From contig NC_043003.1 in assembly GCF_006345805.1 (NCBI RefSeq), positions 10,726,001 through 10,790,000 of the forward strand: a stretch of DNA of 64,000 bases, written 5' to 3'. Shown piece by piece: positions 11,979-25,168 of this stretch (positions are counted from its first letter, which is position 1; each line of letters starts with the position of its first letter). The notes beneath the pieces were generated by a model that saw only the letters and a list, made by a program, of their open reading frames with translations, made no database searches and had not been told where the DNA came from. Source of the DNA: Octopus sinensis (Eukaryota). Position numbers and translations under genes: made by a program.

Positions 11979-13486
11979 TTAACCCTTTCATTACTGTATT
12001 TCTGTTGAGATGTTCTGTATTTCTTTCAATTAATTTTAAATATAACAAAGAATTTAGTAAAATAACTTACAGTTATCATTAAACTAGTGTTAGGAACATA
12101 TATTGGGACTAAGGTTTGGTGGAAGATTTTAATTCAGAACTTATGAAAACAAGACATTTGTACTACAGAACCAGAGGTGGTGGTTTCAGCCAGGTTGGTA
12201 TCAAAAGGGTTAAGAATTGTTTCTCTATTATATATTTCAACCCTTTTGTTACCATATTTCAGTTGAAATGCTCTGTGTTTCTTTCAATTAATTTTAAATA
12301 TAACAAAGAATTTAGTAAAATAGCTTAGTTATCATTAAACTAGTGTTAGGAACATAAATTGTGACTAAAGTTTGGTGGAAGATTTTAATTCAGAACTTAT
12401 GAAAACAAGACATTTGTACTACAGAACCAGAGGTGGTGGTTTCAGCCAGGTTGGTTCAAAAGGGTTAAGAATTGTTTCTCTATTATATATTATTTCAACC
12501 CTTTTGTTACCATATTTCAGTTGAAATGCTCTGTGTTTCTTTCAATTAATTTTAAATATAACAAAGAATTTAGTAAAATAGCTTAGTTATCATTAAACTA
12601 GTGTTAGGAACATAAATTGTGACTAAAGTTTGGTGGAAGATTTTAATTCAGAACTTATGAAAACAAGACATTTGTACTACAGAACCAGAGGTGGTGGTTT
12701 CAGCCAGGTTGGTATCAAAAGGGTTAAGAATTGTTTCTCTATTATATATTTCAACCCTTTTGTTACCATATTTCAGTTGAAATGCTCTGTGTTTCTTTCA
12801 ATTAATTTTAATATAACAAAGAATTTAGTAAAATAGCTTAGTTATCATTAACTAGTGTTAGGAACATAATTGTGACTAAAGTTTGGTGGAAGATTTTAAT
12901 TCAGAACTTATGAAAACAAGACATTTGTACTACAGAACCAGAGTGGTGGTTTCAAGCCAGGTTGGTATCAAAAGGGTTAAGAATTGTTTCTCTATTATAT
13001 ATTTCAACCCTTTTGTTACCATATTTCAGTTGAAATGCTCTGTGTTTCTTTCAATTAATTTTAAATATAACAAAGAATTTAGTAAAATAGCTTAGTTATC
13101 ATTAAACTAGTGTTAGGAACATAAATTGTGACTAAAGTTTGGTGGAAGATTTTAATTCAGAACTTATGAAAACAAGACATTTGTACTACAGAACCAGAGG
13201 TGGTGGTTTCAGCCAGGTTGGTATCAAAAGGGTTAAGAATTGTTTCTCTATTATATATTTCAACCCTTTTGTTACCATATTTCTGTTGAGATGCTCTGTG
13301 TTTCTTTCAATTAATTTTAAATATAACAAAGAATTTAGTAAAATAGCTTAGTTATCATTAAGCTAGTGTTAGGAACATAAATTGTGACTAAAGTTTGGTG
13401 GAAGATTTTAATTCAGAACTTATGAAAACAAGACATTTCTACTACAGAGCCAGAGCTGGTTTCAGGCAGGTTGGTATCAAAAGGGG
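11979..13486. repeat. Tandem array of six ~256-bp TTAA-ended MITE-like units
   Basis: Units start AACCCTTT at about 11981, 12239, 12497, 12753, 13006 and 13262 and end AAAGGGTTAA; near-identical. Confidence 0.92.
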
Positions 13487-13879
13487 CTAGTTTAATGATA
13501 AAAACCTATAGGATATTTTTAAAACATGGAATGGCTATGAGGGTCTACCAGAGTAAAATAAGGATCAAAGGGGTCCATAGGGGGGAAAATGGTTGTTGAG
13601 AACCACTAGTCTACAGCAAAAACCTGTGAAAACCCACATTTGTCATAAGACAGAGCTACTCATGGAAATGCCTTCCTTCTTGTGGTCCATTTCTAGCAGA
13701 GTGGCTTATTAAAGGTGGAGGTGGGGGGGGGGATGGACAAGTACAGCAGAGAGGGTGGGGGAAGCAGGGTATGGGTATGAAACATTCATACCACAGCCAC
13801 CTTGACGCCACCTCTTCAGCACCGTTTGATCTGATACTGAATTATTTGATATCAAGTGTTTCTTTTTAGATTTCTCTTG

Positions 13880-14275
13880 TTCTCCTCCCCCTCCCATTCC
13901 TACTCATCTTTCTCCTCCCCCTCTCATTCCTACACAGCTTTCTCCTCCCCCTGCCATTCCAACCCATCTTTCTCCTCCCCCTCTCGTTCCTACCTAGCTT
14001 TCTCCTCCCCCTCCCATTCCAACCCATCTTTCTCCTCCCCCTTTCGTTCCTATCCATCTTTCTCCTCCCCCTCTCATTCCTACACAGCTTTCTCCTCCCC
14101 CTCTCATTCATACATATCTTTCTCCTCCCCCTCTCATTCATACATATCTTTCTCCTCCCCCTTTCGTTCCTATCCATCTTTCTCCTCCCCCTCTCTTTCC
14201 TACCCATCTTTCTCCTCCCCCTCTCGTTCCTACCCAGCTTTCTCCTACCCCTCATTCCTACCCATCTTTCTCCAC
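13880..14275. repeat. 30-bp minisatellite (about 13 units)
   Basis: TCTCCTCCCCCTCTC(A/G)TTCCTACCCATCTT repeated. Confidence 0.9.
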
Positions 14276-14359
14276 CCCCTCTCTCTCTCTCTCTGTTTAT
14301 GTGTGTGAGTATTTAGTTTTGTTTGTGTCTGTGTGCAATGGCTTTCTTTCTCGTTTTCT

Positions 14360-14825
14360 ATTTCTGTGTGTAAGCACATTTCTGTCTGATTGAAGGAAGA
14401 GATGGAAAATGTTAATGGGAAGTACAGTCAACTAATAAATTACAATGTCTTTCTCTTTTTCGCTTTCACCCCCTCCTTCCCTCTCTCTTCCTCTCTCCAT
14501 CTGCCTCTCTCTCTTTTTCTCTCTCCTTGTTGATGTGTGTAAGCATATTTCTCTTTAAGTGTCTGAGGAGATGGAAAATGCTTATGTTATTTATGTTCAG
14601 TTAATAAATAGTTATGTGTCTCTCTATCTTTCCCTCCTACACTTTCTTTATCTCCCCCTCCCCCCTCTCTCTCTCTCTCTCACTCCATCTGCCTCTCTCT
14701 CTATTTCTCACTCCTTATTGATGTGTGTAAGCATATTTCTCTTTATGTGTGTGGGGAGATGGAAAATGCTTGTCATTTGTGTTCAGTTAATAAATAGTAA
14801 TGTGTCTCCCTTTCTGTTTTATCCC

Positions 14826-14876
<51 letters not shown>

Positions 14877-15000
14877 TCTTTCTCTCCCTGCTTATGTGTG
14901 TAAGCATACATCCCTTTATGCGTTTGAAGAGAAGGAAAGTGTTTATGCCAATCGCATTCAATTAACCAATTGTAATGTCTCTCTCTTTCTTTCTCTGTCT
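14360..15000. repeat. Degenerate ~180-bp tandem repeat (four units)
   Basis: GTGTGTAAGCA(T/C)A..GAGATGGAAAATG..CAGTTAATAAAT recurs at about 14366, 14535, 14723 and 14896. Confidence 0.75.
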
Positions 15001-15431
15001 CTGTCTGTGTGTGAGCATCTGCCTACATTTTTACATATATATGTACAAAGTCTTTCTCTCTCCTTCTCACTATTTGTGTGTATATATTTCTGCACATGCC
15101 ACTGTGTGTCTGAATATGCGTGTGTGTGTGTGAGTGTGCTTACTTCCAGTGCCAAAAAGTACAGTCACCAAAAATGGCAGTCAACCATGTCCAGTCAACC
15201 ATGCCAAACCATCATCATCCAAACAGCTGCACCAAATCGTCTCCTTCCACCAGCATATCAGGGTGATGGTGGGGTGGAGGGTAGAAATATTTATCAACGG
15301 AAATACACAAATACTAAAATAACTGAGATAAACAAACTTGATGTTAAAGAAAGGGATGGTTACAGAACTAACTTTATATATACATCTATACACACACCTA
15401 CATATATATACACACACACCTACATATATAT

Positions 15432-15464
<33 letters not shown>

Positions 15465-15594
15465 CATACATATATGTATGTATCTATCTATTTATATATA
15501 TGTATATTATTATGTATGTATGAATGTGTATATATATATATATATATATACACACACATGTACATATATACATGTATACATGTATATGTATGTA

Positions 15595-15643
<49 letters not shown>

Positions 15644-16688
15644 ATAATATATATATATAAATATATACACACACACACATGTACATATATACATGTATAC
15701 ATATATGTGTATATACACACACACACACACATATGCATGTATACATGTATACGTATGCATGAGTAGAGACAGGGATGGTTTAAAGCAACATGGCCAAGAA
15801 AGAAAAAACTGTGTTACTATTTTTTAACTTTTCGGATTATCATCATCCTCGTCAACAACAGCTTCATTATCCTCATTGCAATCATCACGATTAATTATAA
15901 ACATTTGACAACATATGTTTCAGAAAAAGTCCTTTTGCATTTTTGTTTCCCCATCATCATCATCATCATCATCTGTCTGTCTGTTTGTCTCTTTGTGTAT
16001 TTTGCAGTTCACACTGTATGTTAGTATATTAAAGTTGGGTAGCAATTCTGATTAACTGTCTTTTTTTCTCATTTAAAGGCAAGAACATAACCTCCTGTTC
16101 ACCTCCTTTCTATAAATCTGGGGCTTTTTATATACTATCATCATTAATCTCCATTTAAGCTTTTAGCATTCAAATTACTTTTCCAAATATATTTCTTATT
16201 TGCTCACGTTGTTTTGAGTTAATCCTGCATTATCCTGTAGCTTTGAGATTTCAATGAGATGACTTATTCTTTTAATCTTTTGTTCTTTTATTTATTTCAG
16301 TCATTTGACTGCAGCCATGCTGGAGCACCGCCGTTAGTCGAACAAATCAACCCCAGCACTTACTCTTTGTAAGCCTAGTATTTATTTTGTTGGTCTCTTT
16401 TACCAAACTGCTAAGTTAAGGTGACGTAAACACACCAGCGTTGGTTGTCAAGTGATAATGGGGGATGCATATATATATAAGGTGAGCTGGCAGAAACGTT
16501 AGCACGCCAGGCGAAATGCTTAGCGGTATTTTGTCTGCCACTACGTTCTGAGTTCAAATTCCGCCGAGGTCGACTTTGCCTTTCATCCTTTTGGGGTTGA
16601 TAAATAAAGTACCAGTTTCGCACTGGGGTTGATATAATCGACTTAATCCCTTTGTCTGTCCTTGTTTGTCCCCTTGTAGGCAGTAAAG

Positions 16689-16742
<54 letters not shown>

Positions 16743-17473
16743 ATTCGACAGGCTTCTTTCAGCTTCTGTCAACCAATCCACTCAAAAGGCTTTGGTTGGC
16801 CCGAGGCTATAACAGAAGATACTTGCCCAGTGTCAATGGCTTATGTTCCATAGGGAGTGAAAGGGCTTATGTAGGTATAAGTTTCACCAGCAAAACACAT
16901 TGTTTTACAACTGATTTCCATGCTAGCATGTGTCGGATGGTTCAACAGGATCCAATTGGATTAAAGAATCACATTTTAACGCATTTCATCTTGGAAATGA
17001 TTTCTATAGCTGGATGCTGCCCTTCCTAACCATTTTACAGAATATACTTGGTATATTTTTCCATGGCACCAACACTAGAGAAGTTCTCATGTCTTCGGAA
17101 AGACAAATGAGTCTTCTCGTTTCAGCATTATCTCTGGTTAATTCATTGACCACTTCTGGGAGACTACAGGAGGCTTTTCATAATGACACCAGCACCGGTG
17201 AGAGAATCCTTGGACCCATCAGGAGAATAGGGGAGACAGTGATTATTCTAGTTGTTCTTGGACCTATCAGGAGAGTAGGGGAGAGAGTATGCCCTTGGAC
17301 CCAGATGTTGAATAATGAAATCACACACATACACACACAACACACACACACACATACACACACACACACACATACATGTATGTGTGTGTGTTGTGATTGG
17401 GAGTAAATCAGAAAGTAATTGAATAAGAAAAATACAAAATCAAATAAAAAAGACAGAAAGCATGAAAAAGATA

Positions 17474-17738
17474 TGAGAGAGAGAGAGAAAGAGAAAGAAA
17501 GAGAGAGAGAGAAAGAGAAAGAAAGAGAGAGAGAGAAAGAAAGAGAGAGAGAGAAATAAAGAGAAAGAGAAAGAGAGAGAGAGAGAAAGAAAGAGAAAGA
17601 GAGAGAGAGAGAAAGAAAGAGAGAGAAAGAAAGAGAGGGAGAGAAAGAGAGAGAGAAAGAAAGAGGGAGAGAGAGAAAGAAAGAGAGAAAAAGAAAGAGA
17701 GACAGAGAAAGAAAGAGAGGGAGAGAAAGAAAGAGAGG

Positions 17739-17770
<32 letters not shown>

Positions 17771-17810
17771 AAGAAAGAGACAAGAGAGACAGACAGAGTG
17801 AGACAGAGAG
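17474..17810. repeat. (GA/GAAA)n polypurine tract
   Basis: Direct reading. Complementary (CT)-rich tract at 18385-19225 and another purine tract at 22150-22800. Confidence 0.95.
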
Positions 17811-18386
17811 AAGGAGTTGTTTTTTATAGAAAGACAGACCAATGACAGGAATTTAATACTCCTGGGTCGGTCCGTTTGTTGGAACTTAATTCAGTTCAAT
17901 CAAATATATTTACATTATTTCTTACTTCAAAATAGTCAGGGAAGAATTTCTGATACTTTTTGTTCATTTTTAGTTTTTTGATTTTTATTTTATTTTATTT
18001 TATTTTATTTTATTTTCTAAGAAAAAAAATTCTGATAAAAATACCTTTTTTCTTTTTTTTTTTTCTCAGTTTCTTCACAACAAAGATATTGTTCCACAGA
18101 GTTTTTTTTAAGAAAAAAAAAAAGCCATTAGCCTGATTGATACTAAGAAAAAACAGCAGACCACAATGAGCCTTCTGTATGAACTGGTATGAACTACTAT
18201 GAACTGGTATGGACTGGTACGAAGTAATAATGTAGAAAATAGTTTACCTCTTTTAATGATGACCTGAAATAATTTTTTTTTTTCATCAAAAGTTGACTGA
18301 GAGATGTTGAAACTAACTTAAAACTCTTCCATTTAAGACTCACCAATTCTATTTCTTCAACAAGAAACACGCATTCTCACTCACTT

Positions 18387-18427
<41 letters not shown>

Positions 18428-19812
18428 ATGCTGGCATGGAGCAAAGACGTTAAATGATGATGATGATGATGATGATATATAACTGACTTTTTCTATCTTT
18501 CTCTATGTATCTCTCAAACCATTTTCTTTCTTTCTTTCTTTCTTTCTTTTCTTTTTCTTTCTTTCTTTCTCTTTCTCTCTCTTTCTACTTCTACCCATGC
18601 TAGCATGGAACACAGACGTTGATGACGATGATGATGATGATGATGATATATCTGATTTTTTCTATCTTTTTTTCTCTCTCTCTCTCTATCTATCTATCCA
18701 TCTTTTTTTCTCTCTCCCTCTCTCTTCCCTTCTTTCTTTCCCTCTCTCTTTAACCATCTATCTATCTATTTCTCCCTTCTCTCTCTACCTATCAATCTCT
18801 TTCTATCCATCTTTCTATCCCAGTCTCCTTTTCTTTCTTTCTCTCTCCTCTTTCACTCTTTTTCTTTCACTCTTTCTCCTCCCCCTCTCTCTCTCCCCAT
18901 TTATCTGTTTATCTTTTCTCTCTCTCTTCCTCAATCACTCCCTTCCTCTCTACCTATCTATCTCTCTCTATCCATCTTACTATCTCTCTCTCTCTCTTGC
19001 ACCCCTCTCTTTCAATTTTTCTCTCTCTCAGTTTATCTGTTTCTCTCTCCGTCTCTCTCTCCCTCAATCTTTCCCTCCCTCTCTACCTATCTATCTCTCT
19101 CTATCCATCTTACTATCTCTCTCAAACCCCTCTCTTTCAATCTTTCTCCCCCTCTCCTTATTTATCTGTTTCTCTCTTCTTCTCTCTCTCTCTCTCTCCC
19201 TCTCTCAATCTCCCCTCCCTCTCTTACAGAAGCCCCAATTCATGATAAGGACTAACGTCAATAATAAATCTCCCTCCTCCCCCACCATGACCACCACCAC
19301 CACCATCACCAGTTGCATACTTTCTAAAATGAGGAGTGATTAACATAAGACTAACATAAACTTCAAAAATTAGTAAAATGCCACAAATTTCTTCTTTTTC
19401 CTTTTCTTTCCTTTTTTTCCTTCTTTTTACGAAATGACAGTAAACTGTGTTCAGAGAGCAACAGATGTACGATTCAATGGAGACATGAATGATCTCTTAA
19501 GAAGGCAGCCAGAAATTCATGCCATAAGAAGACAAAACACTGCTGTATTTGTGAATCTCAGATATGGCTCAGTCCAGTAGGCTGTCAACAGGTCGCAATG
19601 AGACGACCAAGCACAGCTGTTTGGATGCTGATGACCTGACATGGCTGACTGGACATGACCTGTTTTGTCAAAAGTACTTTTTAGCACTGGAGGCAAACGC
19701 TCTCTCACACACACACAGAGGCATACACAGAAATATACACCATCTTCAGTTCCCTCTGTTTTACTTATACTTCCCGCCACCAACTGTTCCCTTTGACTAG
19801 ACCCCAATACAC

Positions 19813-20352
19813 AGTTCTATATTTAAGAGATGAGGAATTATATAAATTGTTTACATTATTTACATTTGACGGATATTTGTCCTCATCATGTTTGTTGTCA
19901 ACACAAAATTTCGGCTGATATACCCTTCCAGCCTTCATCAGGTGTCTTGGGGAAATTTCAAACCTGCGTTCTCATTCCTAAGGTATTTTTCGATGTTATT
20001 ATTATCATTATTATTATTATTATTATTTAGGTTACTGCCTGGAATCAAACTCGGAATCTTGGGGTTAGTAGCCTGTGCTCTTGACCACTACGCCGTATGC
20101 CCATGGGCATACGGCGTAGTGGTTAAGAGCGCAGGCTACTAACCCCAAGATTCCAAGTTCAATTCCAAGCAATGACCTGAATAATAATAATGATAATAAC
20201 AATAATAATAATAATAATAATAATAACAACAACATCAAAAAATACCTTAGGAATGAGAACCCAGGTTCGAAATTTCCCCAAGACACCTGATGAAGGCTGG
20301 AGGGTATATAAGCCAAAACGTATTAACAACAAACAAGATGAGGACAAATATT
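19813..20352. mobile_element. Head-to-head (palindromic) pair of the tRNA-head/hammerhead element
   Basis: Symmetry centre GTATGCCCATGGGCATAC (20095-20112). Each arm has tRNA-like A/B boxes, (AAT)n and a degenerate hammerhead core (19900-19947 minus, 20282-20325 plus). Confidence 0.8.
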
Positions 20353-21650
20353 CATTTCTTTATTGCACATGGGGGGAGGCTAAACACAGAGGAGACAAAC
20401 AAGGACAGACAAAGGGATTAAGTTGATTATATCAACTCCAGTGCATAACTGGTACTTAATTTATCGACCCCGAAAGGATGAAAAGCAAAGTCAACCTCAG
20501 TGGAATTTGAACTCAGAACGTAACGGCAGACAAAATACCTATTTCTTTACTGTCCACAAGGGGCTACACAGAGAGAGGACAAACAAGGACAGACAAAGGA
20601 ATTAAGTCGATTACATTGACCCCAGTGCGTAACTGGTAGTTATTTAATTGACCCCGAAAGGATGAAAGGCAAAGTCGACCTTGGTGGAATTTGAACTCAG
20701 AACGTAACGGCAGACAAAATACCACTAAGCATTTCGCCCAGTATGCTAACATTTCTGCCAGCTTGCCACTCTTTAATTTACATATTAGACACATTCCTGG
20801 AACTGGTATGGAAATATTAATGACTTGTAAGTACATGGTATCTTGTTATACAAACACAATCTACTACGAAGTATACTATACACTTATAGTATATTGTATT
20901 TGCATAACGAAGTACCACATACCTACAAATTTTTCTTAAGATATATACTGGGTTCCTCCTTATCGTTACTGTTCAATCCTTTTCATGGTATGACACACAC
21001 ACACACACACACATGCATGCACGCACACATAAATAGCGGGGCCAATGTATGCAAAATGCAAAAGGACAGTAAATAGTTCCAGAATCTCATTTCATAAGAG
21101 AATGAATCTGATCTGGGGAAACGGTTTGGGGGCTGGAGGGTGTTATTCGTCTTCTGTGTTTTTTTCCTTCGTTTGTCTCAAATTTTTACTCCCAACATCA
21201 TTTTGATAATATATAATCATCATCATCATCATCCCATCGCCAACACCACCACCACCATCATTGTCATCATCACTGTTTCTGATGCTGCAACCATGACCGC
21301 CACCACAACCACTACCACTACCACCACCACTAGAATCATCATAATCAGCACCACCATCACTACCATCATCATCATTATCGTCGTCATCGTCATCATCATC
21401 ATCATCACCACCACCACCACCATCACCATCATCATCACAATCATCATCATCATCATCATGACCATCATCACCATCATCACCACCACCACCACCACCACCA
21501 TCACCATCATCATCATCACCATCGTCATTGTCGTCATCACCATCATCATCATCATCATCACTGTTTCTGATGCTGCAACCACCACCACAACCACTACCAC
21601 AACCACCACCACTAGCACCATCATCATCACCACCACCATCACCATCATCC

Positions 21651-21681
<31 letters not shown>

Positions 21682-23637
21682 CACCATTGTCATCATCATC
21701 ATTATCATCACTATCATCAGTGTTTCTGATGCTGCAACCACCACCACCACCACCTCCACTGCCACTACTTATATCTTTTTTCTGTTTTTTGTGTCTCAGG
21801 GAGCAAATATTTTATGAAGCAAGAGGAATAACAATTTATGTTGAAATGATAAATGTCTGAGTTGAAAAAAACCCCCAAAGAAATGGTGTCCTAGTGGTTG
21901 AATGGTGAATGAATTTAGAAGGAAAAGATTCCAACAGCAGAAGGAAAACCAATAAATACCAAGAGAGGAATAAACACCTGCCATTGGCATCCAGGTGGAA
22001 GAAGATGTTAGCTCGGGAAGGACGGGGGGGGGGGGAGTTGTTTTCATTGTTATTAGTGTTTTATTGTTATTTTTTAGTTGTACTAAACTGACTTTTAACA
22101 GACATAGGAAAGCCATGGTGTGGGAGGAATGCTAGAATGGTAGATACTGGAAAGGAAAGAGAGTGGGAGAGGAGGGAGGGAGGGAGGGGAGAGATGGAGA
22201 GAGAGAAGGAGGAGAGAAAAGGAGAGAGAGAAGAGGGAAAGAGAGAAGAGGAAGAGAGAGAAGAGGGAGAGGGAGAAGGAGAAGGAGAGAAAGAAGGAGA
22301 GAGGAGAGGGAGAGAGAAAGAAGAGGGAGAGAGAAGGGGGAGAGAAAGAGGGAGAGAGAGAAACGGAGAGAGAGAAGAGGGAAAGAAAGAAGAGGAAGAG
22401 AGAGAAGAAGAGGGACAGGGACAGGCAGGTAGACACAGAGAGAGGTAGATAGACAGGCAGACAGACATGCAGGTAGGGCAGGCAGACAAACATATAGGCA
22501 GATACAGAGGGAGAGGGGGGAAAAGAGACAGGCAGGCAGACACAGAGAGAGGTAGATAGACAGACAGACAGGGCACACAGGCAGCCATACAGGCAGACAG
22601 ACAAACATATAAACAGAGAGAGACAGAGCCACAGACAGACAGGCAAACATATAGGCAGGCAGACAAACATACAATCGGACAGACAGACTGACAGACAGGC
22701 ACACAGACAAACAGAAGTGAGACTGGGAGAGATAGAGAGAGAGAGGAAGATAAAAGGCTGAACAGAATGGATAAAGACAGGGAGGAAGAAAGAAACAAAC
22801 AAACAAATAAAAACAAAGAATGTGAGAAAAAAACAAACTTAAACAAAGAGAAAATTATCAAAAATAAAAGAAAAGCAAACAATCAAAAATGAATAAAAAA
22901 TATATAAGAATTAATAATAAACAAAAATAGGCAAAATGGATGAAAACAATTGCCAAAAACCAACTAAATTTATGGGATAAAAATAGAAAGACGAAGGTGA
23001 AAAAACGTAAGAGAAAGAGATAAAGAGGATGAATGAAATGGGAAGAAGAAAATGAGAAGAATATAAAAGAAAAGGAATGAGTTTAGTGAAGAAGATAAGA
23101 GAAGGGTTGTGAGAACTTTAGCAGAATCTTGAGGAGGAATGCTATTTTTTTATGGGTACTTGCAAGGTTTTAGACTACACACATACACACACACACCTAC
23201 ATACACACATAGCTATATTTACATATATATAAATATATATACATATATGTATGTAAATATATATATATAGGCATAGGAGTGGCTGTGTGGTAAGTAGCTT
23301 GTTTCCAAACCACAGGATTCTGGGTTCACTCCCACTGTGTGGTACCTTGGGCAAGTGTCTTCTACTATAGCCTCGGGCCAACCAAAGCCTTGTGAGTGGA
23401 ATTGGTAGGCAGAAACTGGAAGAAACCCATCGTATATATATGTATGTATACATATATATATGTATATGTGTGTGTGTCAGAGTGGTTGATGTTAGGAAGG
23501 GCATCCAGCTTTAGAAACATTGCCAGATCAGATTGGAGCCTGGTGCACCTTCTGGCTCGCCAGACCTTAGTCAAACCATCCAAAGTCCAACCCATGCCAG
23601 CATGGAAAGCAGATGTTAAACGATGACGATGATGATA

Positions 23638-23679
<42 letters not shown>

Positions 23680-23706
23680 ACAAACACACACACATATATA
23701 TATATA

Positions 23707-24264
23707 TCTATTATATAAAATCCATTCTGTCTGTGTGTGTGTGTGTGTGGCTTCTAGAATCTCAGGTATCTTCCATCCAATTGCGCTCAAATTTGATATG
23801 TAGATACCGACAGTATCAGGGCGTGTATAAGTCTTGAAAAGAATTACAAAAATCAATTCCAGGTGAGAATGCAATCGAAAAAGCTGTGGGAATGTGCATT
23901 TGTATGCACAATTTCATCAGCTATTGCGATTGATACTATGCGTATGCAAGAAAAATGCATGTGCAGTTTGTGCAAAGAAAGCCGGCTGGCTTGAAATAAT
24001 GCCACAAAATGCAGTATATTTAAGAGACCAAAAAAGTAAGATGCAAAAGAGATATTTTCTTCAAACTTGGCATGAAGGAAGGAAAGACTATTTGGTTTCT
24101 CAAGAAGTTTTTTTTTTTGCCTTAGCTTCGTTTAACAAAACCAAAAGTTTTATTGAAATAAAGGCATGCTTAATTATCTTTTAATGAAAAGAAAACACTG
24201 ATTGCTTTTTATTCAGCAGATATGAATCAGCACCGTCCATTGGACGAGGGGGTGGGTTCTGCTC

Positions 24265-24265
<1 letters not shown>
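23707..24265 (+). mobile_element. Helitron-like element
   Basis: A|TCTATTATATAAAATCC..CTGTCTG(TG)n 5' end; CGTCCATTGGACG hairpin then ..CTGCTCG|T 3' end. Confidence 0.5.
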
Positions 24266-24308
<43 letters not shown>

Positions 24309-25110
24309 TATATACTGGGGGGCTTCTTTCAGTTTCCATCTAACAAATCCACTCACAAAGCTTTGATCAGCCCCAAGGCTATAGTAGAAGACCCTCACCC
24401 AACAAGGTGCCACGTAGTGGAACTGAACCCAAAACCAAATGGTTAGGAAGCAAACATCTTACCTCACAGCCACGCCCGCACCTTTTCTATTTCTGAAATT
24501 ATTCCCAGCACACCAGAACAGACATACCATTCCTATATTTTATTGGCTAACCTTACTTCCACCAACTACTTCACATTTCAACAATAACCTCAACCTTATA
24601 AAGTATTCCTGTTTAAATAAATTCTTTTATGCAAGTTTCATTAATCTTATCCAAATCTGTAACACCTAAGTATTTTATTTTTAGCCACCTAAGTCTAACT
24701 ATTTTATACCTTCCTTATCTGGTAACGGTATCTCGTTACTTTCTACTATTTTCATCAACAACAATGATGGTGGGTGTGTGGCAGGATTAACAGAGCTTTG
24801 GCTGAAATAATACAAGGTGATGTTCTGAGTTCTAATCCCACCCAGGTTTAATTAACGCCATGTAAAAAGCACTCGTGGTGGAATCACATACCAAGCACCT
24901 GTGCTGGTGCCATGTAAAGAGTACCCATGCCAGAGTCACATTGGAAGTACCCATTGGAAGTGGCTGTGTGGTAAGTAGCTTACTTACCAACCACATGGTT
25001 TCAGGTTCAGTCCCACTGCAAGGCACCTTGGGCAAGTGTCATCTACTATAGCCTCGGGCCGACCAAAGCCTTAGTGGATTTGGTAGACAGAAACTGAAAG
25101 AAGCCCATCG

Positions 25111-25168
<58 letters not shown>

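Noticed and set aside
12116-13351. Repeated 70-aa ORFs resembling a tandem gene family or CRISPR-like array
   Set aside because: They lie in MITE-derived tandem units with identical spacers and indels; eukaryotic context with no cas genes.
18248-18263. 16-nt microexon (TTTCAG|GTCATCATTAAAAGAG|GTAAAC) on the minus strand
   Set aside because: Poly-A instead of a polypyrimidine tract, frame-shifting length, and the RLIG1 exons already join without it.
20107-20180. tRNA gene
   Set aside because: Acceptor and anticodon stems are broken; it is the head of a repeat, like all other A/B-box hits here.
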